Shown: positions 50,379 through 62,687 of the stretch, in pieces | How the letters are laid out: each line of letters starts with the position of its first letter | Position numbering within the stretch: position 1 is the stretch's first letter | NCBI RefSeq assembly: GCF_009834535.1 | Contig: NC_045701.1 | Coordinates: forward strand, 52,452,001-52,516,000 | From: Camelus ferus | Lineage: Eukaryota | Direction of reading: 5' to 3' | Length of the DNA stretch: 64,000 nucleotides | Notes under the pieces: model-generated | The model's database searches: none | What the model was told of the DNA's origin: nothing | Seen by the model: only the letters and a program-made list of their open reading frames with translations | Position numbers and translations under genes: made by a program

Positions 50379-51389
50379 TTTTCTTTCTTTTATGTATATA
50401 TGTATAGTCAGTTTACAATGTTGTGTACAGCATAATGCTTCAGTCATACATGAACATACATATATTCATTTTCATATTCTTTTCACCATAAGTTATTACA
50501 AGATATTGAACATAGTTCCCTGTGCTATATGGTATAAACTTGTTTATATATTTTATATACATTAGTTAGTATCTGCAAATCTCAAACTCCCAATTTATCT
50601 CTTCCCAGCCACTTCCCCCCTGGTAACCATAAGTTTGTTTTCTATGTCTGTGAGTCTCTTTCTATTTTGTAAANNNNNNNNNNNNNNNNNNNNNNNNNNN
50701 NNNNNNNNNNNNNNNNNNNNNNNNNNNNNNNNNNNNNNNNNNNNNNNNNNNNNNNNNNNNNNNNNNNNNNNNNNNNNNNNNNNNNNNNNNNNNNNNNNNN
50801 NNNNNNNNNNNNNNNNNNNNNNNNNNNNNNNNNNNNNNNNNNNNNNNNNNNNNNNNNNNNNNNNNCAGTCCTCTGTCAATGGACATTTAGGTTGTTTTCC
50901 TGTCTTTGCTATTGTAAATAGTGCTGCTATGAGTATTGGGGTGCATGTGCCTTTTTGAATTAAGGTTCCCTCTGGATATATGCCCAGAAATGGGGTTGCT
51001 GGATTATCTATTTTTAGTCTTTTGAGGAATCTCCATACTGTTTTCCATAACAGCTGCACCAAACTACATTCCCGCCAACAGTGTAAGAGGGCTCCCTTTT
51101 CTCCACAGCCTCTCCAGCATTTGTCTTNNNNNNNNNNNNNNNNNNNNNNNNNNNNNNNNNNNNNNNNNNNNNNNNNNNNNNNNNNNNNNNNNNNNNNNNN
51201 NNNNNNNNNNNNNNNNNNNNNNNNNNNNNNNNNNNNNNNNNNNNNNNNNNNNNNNNNNNNNNNNNNNNNNNNNNNNNNNNNNNCTTCTGCCCATTTTTGG
51301 ATTGCATTGTTTGGTTTTATTATTAAGTTGTATGAACTGTTCATATATTCTGGAAATTAAGGCCATGTCAGTCTTATCTTTTGCAAATA
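50379..51389 (-). mobile_element. 5'-truncated young L1 (ORF2 C-terminus plus 3' UTR), two N-runs, with TSD
   Basis: Translation [33 protein letters not shown] is the L1 ORF2 Cys-rich end; TSD ttgaatggc(g/a)gc at 50367-50378 and 51390-51401. Confidence 0.93.
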
Positions 51390-52430
51390 TTGAATGGCAG
51401 CCGGTCAGTTACTGAAGAATTCTTAAGTTATGGTGATGGAAAGTGGGGTTGGGTAGCAACAGCTTCCTTTTAAATACCATGTTTCAAAGACTTTCCCATC
51501 CAGTTCACTGAGTCATGAGAACATCCCCAGGGCAGGTCTCTGCTCTGGGAGCCAACTCGCTGGTCACGCCCCTTTTGGAGAACTCTGTGTCCGTCCGCGA
51601 TCTGTGGGGGGTCTATGTCTATCCTTCTGTCTTCCCTCTTGCAGGTCCCAGTTTCACTCCTTTTGGCATCCATTCCTCAAAGACTGAGGTTTGGAGTTGT
51701 GGTTAGCTCCAAGATTCATTCAAGATGGAGTTTGGTTTTTTTTCTCTTTCCTGTTTTTTTAAAATTTAATTGGCCTTAGGGAAAGGAGTTGAATTGAAAT
51801 ATCTTTATTCTGTGATCTTCATGTGGAGGCTTTGATCTAGTTTTACTTTCTGTGTCATAATACTCTGAGAGATCGAGAGACAGAGAATACAAACGTCTAA
51901 ATTTAAGCACTTAGAGTTCTGAGGCTATCTGCCCCTCCTATATTAAGGGTAGAATTAAGCTAAAGAAGGTGCATTGAGCTCCTCATGGAACTACTGAATT
52001 TCAGAAAAAACATATAAAAATCTTAGTGGTGGGAATAATATAAGATAATGATGTAAAATTGCTTTAGAAAATTGCCATAAATACACAGTACATAAAATGT
52101 GCCTGGTAATTATATGCTACTTAATGACATAATTAATCTTTGCGATCTCTATCGACTCTGATAAATACAGAAACAAGCTCTGTTCTGTATCTGAGCACCT
52201 GAAAAGTCAAGGTTCTCAAGGCCCCTCCTGGCGGCAGGCTCGCTGTCCTCTGTTTGTGTGTGTGCCGAAAACTGAGGAGTCCCACAGGTCCAGGTGCAAG
52301 GGTCCTTTTCATTTGGCTGCTTCTGTGAAGCACATTAAATCTTCTCAGACATTTGGATAACTTGAAAGCATGTGTGGATGACAGTGGCTACAATAATTCT
52401 GATGTTGGTAGGAAGTGCTTAGTGGTTTCC

Positions 52431-52575
52431 GGTGGGGGGGTGGGGGGGGGTGACCTAAGTTGGGTCCCTCTCTCTCCTCCTTTACACTCTTGTTCTATCT
52501 TTCCCTCCCCAGACTTCCCTTCCTCTCTTTTCCCCTCCTCTTCCCTCCTTTCCTTTCTCTCTCTCTCTCTCTCTG
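52431..52575. repeat. G7-T-G9 run followed by (CT)-rich low-complexity tract
   Basis: ggtgggggggtggggggggg at 52431-52450; C/T tract ending in (CT)n about 52465-52573. Confidence 0.9.
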
Positions 52576-54101
52576 ATACACACATGCTTTTTTCTAAGCC
52601 CTATCAAGAGTTTCCATACCATGAGAAATAGTAATTTTAGAACGTATGTTACAGTGCTAATTAAATTAGACGTCCAGAAAGAAGACTAATCTTGAGCCTT
52701 GCAGCTAATAGACTAAATAGCCTCATACGTTGCTTCGATCCCGGATTTCACTCTGGCAAACTCCTGGAGAGCCTCTGGTTTTGCTTGCCTCCAGTTTTAC
52801 TCTGTTCTAATTGCTGAATATTTATCTCTTACCTTCCCCTTCCACCCCAACAAACATTATAAGCTTCCCGGGGCAGGAATTATGCCTCTCACATTTATAG
52901 GGTTCTTAAGAAATACTTGTTTACATACTTGACATGTTGACTCTCCCGGGTCACCTGACGTCCACGGCTTGGAACTAAACATTTCTGGTCAGTTCTCCCT
53001 CCTCTGGGGCAGACTCCTTCTGGGTAACTATATGCCAGGCTTCTTTAGTGTAATCATTTTGGTATAAAGCATGTTGAAACTCTATGTTTCACCTCAGAAG
53101 AACAGCAAGAAAAGCCAACAAAGGCATATGCATCATTTCGTCAGGAAGCCACAGAGAGCAGAATAGAGGGATTCAACAACGTCTGGCCTCGTGCCCTGCT
53201 GTTTTCTGAGCTCGGATTCCTGGTGCAGGAATTGCCGTATGAATCTGGCTTCCCTCTACTTAATGAGGTCTAGAAGGCACCAGAGTGGGACTAGCCCCAT
53301 AGGACTTCAGTCTGATGCCCACAGTCCATAAGGATCTCTCTGTTCACCCCACCCTTGGCCTAGGAAACACACATTCCACCTCATTCTAAGAAATACAGAA
53401 TGTTTATTCTCTGTCTTTCAACCAAGCTCGCCCAATCTAATGTATCCAAGATCTTCACTAGTTTGAACAAAGGCTCTTCTTCCTGACTTTGTTTTATCAC
53501 AGCCAGGACCGCAAAGGAAAACAGCACATCCTAGCAAGAACTTGGAAAAGTCCAAGATACAGATTTCGGATTTCTTCTCCCCAAATCTTTCCTATTTATA
53601 TTCTCTGAGTGTCAGATTGGATGTGACTCAGCTGTGACACACCAAAAGACTGGGCAGCGTGTTATTCAACCCTCACTCTCTCTCAGCATATGGTAAGGTT
53701 CGTGCTGCCAAAAATTACGCAGACTCTTGTCTCCAAAAACATATTTAAAAAAAAAACCTGTGTTTCATAAAACCAAATGCTATACCTTCACCGGTGTGCA
53801 CTGCATCTGTGGTCCTTCTGGGCCTGATTGGGCTGCAACTCCAATTGGCTTACAGGACCGGTAATTGGCTTTCCCATGTGGGCCTCATGCCACACCCTTC
53901 TCTCCAGAAGCCCGACTGTCTACAGCCTCTGTCTCCAACTTTCAAGGGAAAGGGTACAAAACTCTCTGTCCTCAGGTCCCTTTGAAGCAGTGTCCCCCTT
54001 ACAGAAAGAATAAGTAGGGAAGTGTTTCCTCTGCATTTGGGGATGCTGGAACCTGTCTTGTCTCCCAGTAGCAGAGAAGTAGCAAAGATGATTGCTTTTG
54101 T

Positions 54102-54540
54102 AAATAGAATGTGTAAATAGAATTTGCATCATTTTTTTTAGATTCCACGTATAAGTGATATCATATGGTATTTGTCTTTCTCTGTCTGACTTAATTTCAC
54201 TCAATATAATAATCTCTACATCCAAAAACAGACTCAAACAGAAAACAAACTATGATTACCTAAGGGGAAAGAGCGAGGAAGGATAAATTAGGGGTTAGGG
54301 ATTAAGAGACACACATTACTGTATATAAAATAAACAACAAGGGTAGACAGCATAGCCCAGGGAACCATATTCACTTTCTTGTAAAACATATAATGGAAAA
54401 GAATCTGAAAAGAAAAAATATATATGTATGTATGTGTATAACTGAATCACTTTGCTGTACACCTAAAATTAACGTCGTAAATCAACTACACTTCAATAAA
54501 TCTTTTTTTATATTAAAGAAAAAAAGAGAATGTGGGGGGA
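54102..54540. mobile_element. 5'-inverted (twin-primed) L1 insertion with TSD
   Basis: Antisense L1 segment about 54102-54222 joined to sense 3' UTR about 54223-54525; exact 15-bp direct repeat gatgattgcttttgt at 54087-54101 and 54545-54559. Confidence 0.9.
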
Positions 54541-56309
54541 AAAGGATGATTGCTTTTGTGGAGAAAACTCTGTGGGTGAATATTTTGGGCAAAGGGGGAC
54601 GGGAAACCCCTTCAAGCTGACCGGTTTTTTTTTTTTTTTTTTTTCCATAAGTTGTGAGTTTCTGTCTGATAGAATGTTTTTCCCGGTGGGTCTGGCCCCA
54701 CTGTCAAGAGATTTGATGATAATTTGGGGGAACATCAGACCCTCTCAAGAGTCCCCTTGAGGGCTGCCTGAGCCAGGAAGGCAGGGGCAGGTTCCCACGT
54801 CGGCCCACCAAGGGTTGCTTGTGCAGAGTCGCCAGAAAGTGAAATGGGGTTGATGCTTCAATTCCGTTTTTCCTCTCCTGTTTTCTCTGTACCGTCAGTC
54901 GCAATTCAATTGTTAGCAGTATAGGAGGTCAATCGATTTGTAAAATGCCGGCCCTCGTGGGGCTGATGACGAATGGGAGGGAGCCCGGGAGTTTGGATTC
55001 ATGGCCCATCTTTCGTTCCGTGGTTCCAAAGGCCCTTTCTGCCCCGAGGGTGATGGCGCAGGTGAGGAGGAGAGCCAACTCCTTCCTGGCCTTGGCAAGG
55101 AGTGGCTGAGCCCTTAGGGTTTCGTTCTCCAGATTTCTAAACGGCTTTTTAAATGGCTTTGGCGAATAATGCCCATGCCACTGGCACGGTGTGGAAGCGT
55201 CTGTGTGCCTGAGAGGTCTTGGATATCAATGTCGACTTTCAGGGAACCCACAACCTGATCCATTCCCTTCTAGCCTGGGGTGCAGCACCTGCTTAGAGAT
55301 GTTCCTTTTAAATGTTTCTTCCCTCCCTCCTAACGTAATGTGCTTGAAAACTTCAGCAATACTGAAACGACCATTAAGACACTGCAGGGGCCGGGAGATG
55401 GCTTGATTTTGACGGACTATTTGTTTTTCTGTTTGTTTAATGGACCCAGGGAGACAGTGAGGGTCTGTGGCCATCCAAGTGACCATCCAGGCCTCAGGAA
55501 ATCTCTGCATAGCTTTGCTCCCTGCTGGGAAAAGCTGGATTATTCTGGAAGACAGCAAGAGGCTGAACGGTCCTTCCTTAGAGCCCAGCATGAAAGCATC
55601 TCTTGGCTCCTGATCAGATCACTGTGCCCCCACAATCAGCCTGATTTGGGTGGGGGCTGCTGCTGGGCTCCCCCAAAGAGACCTCAAGCCAGCAGCCTCC
55701 TGGACAGTTCCGTACCCACTTCCCAGGTCCGCAGAGAACTCTGCCCCCTCTGTCCTGTTGTCATCAAAGCCAGGGGCTGTGTCTGAGTTGAGAGGTTTGG
55801 GCTCCTCTTCTTTTGTGACCTCAAAACTGAGTTTCCTGTGGGCTTCCCTGGTCCATCAGAAGAAGAGTAGGGGGAAAAAAGCTGCTGCAATAGAAGTGAG
55901 AGTTTTACAAACAACCAAATCCCCATGATTCTAAAACTATACACTGTTAGTGCTAGAAGGATTAAAGGTTAAGTAGCCAAACCCTCTGGCTTTGAAGTAG
56001 AGGAAACTGAGACCCAAAAGATTAAGGGACTTAATGAAAGAAGATTTTTTTTGATACCTGCTGACTATCACTTTATTAGAGACACCTTATAGCAACACAG
56101 ATTATAGGGGAAAGGCACAAAAAGAATATTTTCCAAAAAAAAAAAATCTGTGGTGCTTTTCATCTTTGTACCCTCAGCAGGTTGCACACAGAAGACCCTG
56201 TAAATGCTCTGTGTTGATGTGAAAAAGTATGTACCTATCAAAGCATTGTCCAGTACTGTGTGGTTTTGCATTTGCCAATACTTAGTAAATATTTGTGAAA
56301 TCATGGTTA

Positions 56310-56510
56310 TTATACTAGCGAACAGTTCCTGCATTTACTACATACTGGGTATTTTTAACTCATTATCTCATTTAATTATCACAGCAGCCCTCAGTGGTAG
56401 GTAACGTCACTACCTCTGTTTGAGAGGTCAGGGGGCAAAGGCATGGAGAGGGTTGGAACTCGCCCTCTGCCATGAGCTGAGAAGTCACGGAGTTAAGTTC
56501 CAGACTCAGG
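56310..56510 (-). mobile_element. MIR SINE
   Basis: tctcatttaattatcacagcagccctcagtggtaggta...ggcatggagagggttggaactcgcc. Confidence 0.6.
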
Positions 56511-59500
56511 GTGACAGGTTGCAGAACCCACCCTTAACTTCCATGCTACCTCACAGAAATCAGTTGTGTGCCTCACACTGTGCTGGCACTTGTGGAAGAC
56601 TTTCAGTTTTCTTGAGAAGTTGTTGTTTTCTGGGGGGAAAAAAAAACCCCAGCATCTGTGCAGCAGGGGGGATCTGAGTTGGGGCAATGGTAGAGGAAGG
56701 GACCAGAGGCATGAATGGGATGTGTTCCCAGTGCTCTTGCTTCTCATTTTCAATCTTTGGGAAAATTCACCCTATAAATGAGGAGAAAGTGGACAGGCTG
56801 GAAGATTGATAAGAGGCTGTTGCTGCCCAAAGAGAGAATATGAAGGAGCAAAGAATGAAAATGCTGAAGCCACAGACTGGGGCAGTGTTTCTCTCTTGTG
56901 TACACATGTACTCAGAAGTTGGGGCTGCCTTAGGAGTTCTGGTCTTCATGTTTTTCGAGTCTGTAGCACATCCAGAGTAGCAAGGATGCATTGGATGATC
57001 TGGAAAGCATGCAATATGGTTATAACTTTACTTATTCTTTCAGACATAATTCAGTGAGTGTCTATCAGATATCCAGGAGTACCCAAGACCCTGAGGATAG
57101 TGTCAATGATCAATAAGCAATGGTCTTCACCCTCAAGCGAAGGCTCTAGTGAAGGGGATTACAGTACAGGAAGATGGCACCTGTGACTGGGACGAGTGCA
57201 GGCACTATGCCAAATCCTAACAGTATTAATGTGGTTATGGGGCATTCTTTTCCTTAAGGAAAAGACAGAGGCTCTTTGTCTGGGAGAAGACAGACATAGG
57301 GAAGAAACAATGGCTGACATCTTGGAGAGAAGGGCCATCACAGGAAATAAGCCACCAGCCTGTTGTTCCAGGAGAGCTTGGGCAGAGGGGAAGGGGCACT
57401 GGTCATCACTGCTGTCCAGGAAATTCCACACTGTCTGGAAGGGAGTACTGGAAAAGGTTACTTGTTCCTTCAAAGTACAATGATTCTTTATCCTCATACA
57501 AGGAGGTAAATGGGGTCAGAGATCCAGGACTTAACAAGGAGGGTGAGAAGGAATCCTTTGAAGCTTCTAACTCCTGCATATCTCATGGTATGAAGTGGAG
57601 AAGTGTGAATGAACAGAGGCCCACAAGGGCTGTAGGGAGCAACAGCAAGGCCACAGTTAGGCATGGGGAGAAGCAGAGGAAATTGAAAACCGTGATTGAC
57701 CTCCTTAGGTTTGGAATCTTAATAGGTCCCTGGTGCCCTTGGAAGTCACATAGATTGTCTTCTAGAAGGGCTGCATCAACCTGGATGTTCCTACTTCGCT
57801 TTCTTATTTCTCTGCCTCTCCTGCTCATAGAAACGCCTGTTCTCCTACATGGTCCAGTGCCCAAGCCTGAGCACCAGGGAGAAGACATTCTTACCAGATG
57901 TAGATACCAGTTTTCCATTGCCTGAAATTACCAGAACCTCCACATGTGCCTCTAGGCCTTGGCTGAGGCTTCTCTCTTGGGAGCACCTCTGTGCAGGGCA
58001 GCAAGATACCTATGTTCAGATGATGCCCTGTGTAGGGACACCGGCCTGAGGAATCAAGGCAGGGCTGGCATCTTGCTCACAGCCTCCACTCTGGGCACCT
58101 TGGGTGGAGCCGCACTGACTTAGAGGTAGGGCCTTTTCCTCACTTGAACAAAGGCTACTGTAGCTAGCTGCCCTGCATCCCTGCTCCCCCAGCTGCCTAA
58201 ATCCTGCTCATCTGTCAGGATCCAAATCTAGTTCTGTGCCACGTGTCCCATTCACCACCCCTCAATGCTACCATCATGCAGAATCAGCTGTTCCTCCCTT
58301 AGCTTTCTAGGAGCTCCTAATTTACAACTGGATTACAATTCTTATCACAGCCTCAATTGTTTTAGATGCTTTGAGGACATATAATTTGAGGTTGACAGTT
58401 ATACACTACTTGAAGGTATATTTCCATCTTTTCTGGCTTCCAGTGTTGTTGTGGAGAGGCTAACATCATTCTAATTGCTGTTTCTTCACCAATAATGTGT
58501 CTTTTCTCTCAAGATGCTTTTAAGATTCTCTCTCCATTTTGGTGTTCATAGTTTCACTTTGATGGGGTTATTTGCGATTTCCTTTCATTTATTTGATTTT
58601 TTTAAAAAATCCTGGTGTTTGGGAAATCCTTAGCTAGTGATCAATAAGAGTTTGCTGAAGTGAATTGGTTGACATGTCTAAGGGGTAATTGTCGGCTGAT
58701 CTTCCTGTTCATTGCAAGGTATTAATTCATGATGAAATGCAAATTGGTTATCTGTTGACAAAGAACGAGGGGCCTGGGAGCTCACTGCTTGTGATGGTGA
58801 CATACAGAGCAGGTTGGACCGCACTGCTCTGTCTGTAGTTCAAGGGCAGGTTCGGCCACGCAGGAGCACGTGGAAGGCTTGCCTCCCAACCGTGGCTAAG
58901 CCAACCTCTCTTTTTCAAACAAACCTCCCAAATATCATCCTGCTTATGCAATAAGATTGGGGCAGGCGATGAGACCTAATGCCAAGTTACAGACCTAGGG
59001 AAAAGCCACTTTCAACGGGGTTACCTCACCCAGTTTGATGTAGGTTTGATCTTGACCTTCTCTCTCACTTAGAAATACACGGAGGAAGGTTGCCGTCAAG
59101 ATAAAGGAGTTCAGTCAGTCTCAGAAGGCTTGTTCAGACTAGTTGTGGTATCTCATCCCAGGCACTGGGTAAACTGGCGAGGTAGGCAAACAGTGTATGT
59201 AGTCCAGTCCCAGAAATACCCATAGCAGCCCATCTTTCCAGTCTCATTAAAATGAAGATTCGGCCCTGCCATCTCCATGGAGCAGATGTCTGCCCCTCAA
59301 TTGCTGTGCCCAGCTGCTGGTGGCTGCAGTCATGCCCAGACAGGGTCACAGTCCAGAAAAGAGATGTATGACTTCAGAGGGAGTTTCCCACAGTGTTCTT
59401 GGCAAGGGGGGCAGGGATGGTGGGAAGGGTGAGTCTCTCCCTGTGGCATTCGGCGTCTGGCAGCTGGCCATTCTTAGGTGGGAGGTTCTTGGGGAGAAAC

Positions 59501-61044
59501 ACAAAAGTCAGTCTTCAGGGCAGTTCCACAGAAGGACCTGCAGTATCTGCTGCTGATTTTGAGATTCCATCCCATGCAAAAGGAATCTCAGAATACAATG
59601 AATTTTCCCCGCGTGGCGTGTTGATGATCAGGCTCAGCAGTGTCTTCTGTTTGTCAGAGCTGCTGTAGAACAGTTTCGCAGCCACAGGGAGATGGCTGGC
59701 CCACTGTTCCAGAGAGGCCACCTGAGACAGAAGGAGGCCCTGCAGTCAGGAATCTGAAGTCCTGACTTGGGCATGCTTGGTAATATCCACAGCGATCCCA
59801 AAGAATGTGATCAAATGATCCTAATTAGGCTAAGTTGAATTAACTTTGTTATTGTTGATAAATATGTACTAAAAAGCACAGAGTAGAGGTGTCTGATAGA
59901 GGCAAACATCACAGGATTAACGAACGGTCAAAGGCTGGAAGTTACGGACAGTGACTGAATTCAATCCCAGTAGAACATAAACCCACAGCTGGATGATTCC
60001 CCAGGTCCCACAGGGGCTGCCAGCTCTCGGGTCAGCACAGAGGAACAGATGGCAGAACTGGTTGGTCCAATCCTGACTTCCTCTGCCTGGAAATCTGCTT
60101 TATCTCAGCTGGGGACTTCAGCTCTTCCTGACAGCAGCCATTTCCATCTGGGCCTGTGGTGAAAAATAAACTTCTTTTGAACCATTGAAATTTATAAAGC
60201 TGTGAGCAGTTGAGATGTAAAAAGCTCTCGAGGTGTCTCTGTGCACGTGATTGTTGTCTGTTTTGCATGAAAACAATCACACCTGTGGTGAAAGTTCAAT
60301 AGACTTACGAAATTGAATCTCTCACTCCAAGACCCTGTGACTGACTTACTGTCCTAGAGATGCGGTAAGAATTAAATGAGATAGCAACAGTGAAAGGGCT
60401 GGTTTGAAGATGGTAATGTTGATAATATCACTAGCATCTTCTCATACGGTTTTCTCTAGGGAAAGATATAGAAGGAAATTGGCAATAAAGTTCTTTGAGT
60501 TTCAAAAATTGAGCTAGCAATGACAGTATGATGGTTTCAATATTAGACAGAAGTCTAGAAAGGCAGAACACAAGAGCAGAAGTCACTGGCCAGGATGGAC
60601 TTCTTGCTCACCGTAAATGTTCCAGGCCCACCAAGGTGGTCTCTGACTATTTCTTTACTCTCTAAGGAAAAGCAATCCACCTGCTTTGGACAGCATCTGG
60701 CAGCTCCCCCAAGTGAAACTCAACCAAAAAAATTCCTCCAGATATCTCTTTGAGAACAGAGTAGAGCAGACATGAGGAACCCGTCCCTTAGGCCCAGGAG
60801 TGATGGAGGCTGAGAGTGAACTGTGCAGATGGGGAGCAAGTGTCCTTTCTAATGAGGTCAATACCACAGAAAAATATGAACCTACTATTTTCAGGTATTT
60901 CAACTTCTCAAGAGATCCCCAAACTGTCGATTTTTAGATGAGCTCTCCTGATTTTTAAACATTGATGCTATAAAAGAAATCATGCTGGCCAAATAAACCA
61001 TGACCATGGGCTGGGTCTGACCTGCTGGCCCCCAGTTTGCATTC

Positions 61045-62350
61045 CAAGTACATACGTTCCATGAATGTTTGCTGAGGTCTGCCTGTACCAGGCGTCATCC
61101 TAGATGTCATCAAGGAGGCACCTGTATCTGCTCCTGGGAAGTTCGCGATCCAGAAGGGAATAAAGATTGACTGGCAAATAGATCACCTGAGTGCACTGTG
61201 GGGAGAGGTGCAGAGAAGGGGCAGCCAGTGCACCTGTGGAGTGTACATGTTGTGGAAGGCCACCCAGAGGCAATGATGCTGGAGGGGTTGAGCCTTGAAC
61301 CTGAGTTGACCAGGTGAAGAAGGTAGGTAGAGTAGAGAGAAAAGGACATGGCAGGGTAAAGTCTCAGCAAAAACTGAGAATGAGCAGAGTCTGGACTGTT
61401 GAGACACCTACACAGCTCAATGAGTGACACAAGGGGAGGCTGGGGCTGGAGGGACCAAGGAGGGCTTTTCCACATTAACTCATCTGGGCTTTATCCCAAG
61501 GGCAATGGGGAGCCTGTGGAATGTTTAAGCAGGGCAAAGATGTGAGATTTCTGTTTGGAAACTGTTTCTTCAGCAGCTGTGTGGAGCATGAATCTAAAGG
61601 GGAATAAGACTGGCATCAGAGACATACTTTAGGAAGCTAGGGTGCTAAAACAGGCAAGAGATGGTGAGGACATGAGCTAGGGGTGGAGAGGAGAGCAGGA
61701 GTTTGATAACTGTTTAGGAAATTAAATTGGAAAGACATGGAGAATGAAGGAGGGAAAAAATGGAATATGTATATATATATATATTAAAAAAGGGAAGACA
61801 GTCAAAGATGACTCTCATATTCTAGACCCCATGATGAGTGGGTGGTGCTTAGGGTTGACCACTCCTGTTTGCCTAGGACTGTCTTATTAAGACTGAGAGT
61901 CCCACGTGCTGCGAAGCCCCTTAGTCCAGGGAAAATAGGTATAGTTGGTTACTTTGGTGATGATTCTCCAACTAACAGGGGAAATAGTAAAAGATATAAG
62001 TTTGGGAGATTGGGAGATAATGAGTTGATTTGGAACATATTGAATTTGATGTGCCACTGGATATCCAGATGTGGGTATCTGGCAGGCACTTGGGGTATGA
62101 GTCTGTAGCTCAAGAATGGGAGAATTTTGACCCAGAGAGAGTGGATTTAGGGGCTATCAGCATAAATAGTGTTTGTTTAGGACCATGAAGTTCGGTTAAA
62201 TCATCCAGGGAGTCTCTGTTGAATAAAAAGTGAAGAGGATCGAGAATAAAACACTGGAGAATGAAACATGGAAACTTCAATGTTTAAGGGGCATATAGAG
62301 AAAGAAGAGCCTACAAACAAAACTGAGAAGGAACCGGAGTCTTGAAACAG
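61045..62350 (-). mobile_element. Long L2 fragment
   Basis: atgaatgtttgctgagg...; ggctttatcccaagggcaatggggagcctgtggaatgtttaagcaggg; gagttgatttggaacatattgaatttgatgtgcc...gtctgtagctcaaga. Confidence 0.85.
61851..61954. mobile_element. MER94-like hAT-Blackjack MITE nested in L2
   Basis: agggttgacc...tttgcctaggactgtc...gactgagagtcccacgt...cccttagtccagggaaaa...gttggttact matches recalled MER94; candidate 8-bp TSD tggtgctt / tggtgatg. Confidence 0.75.
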
Positions 62351-62687
62351 TGAGTAGGGTGTGTCTCAAAGCATAAGCCATCATCATGGTCAAAGTCAAG
62401 ACAAAACAAAGGGCTGTGGTTAATGTCAGCAGGAAAAGAGTAAAAAAAAAATGAAATATTGGAAGAAAGGATGGACCTGTTGAAGATGTACCTCAGCCAC
62501 TACTTTTAAGAATGAATATAGTCTAAAGACTCAGAGTATTTTCAAATAACAGTGAACATACAATTCTTTTTGGAAAACTTCGGTAAAAAGATATTCCAGA
62601 GCTGACTAAATGCACACTATTTGATTGAGAGAATTATCCAATTATTTCCTTTAGAATTAAAGGATCTGAGTCAGATTCAAGTAGCAT

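Noticed and set aside
50595-51344. Longest ORF (249 aa) as a host gene
   Set aside because: It is the L1 ORF2 C-terminus read through N-runs, part of a truncated retroelement
54288-54300. Telomere-like TTAGGG units
   Set aside because: Only two imperfect units inside the G-rich part of an L1 3' UTR
60031-60052. REST/NRSE-like site (gtcagcacagaggaacag)
   Set aside because: Spacing and right half deviate from TCAGCACCnnGGACAG
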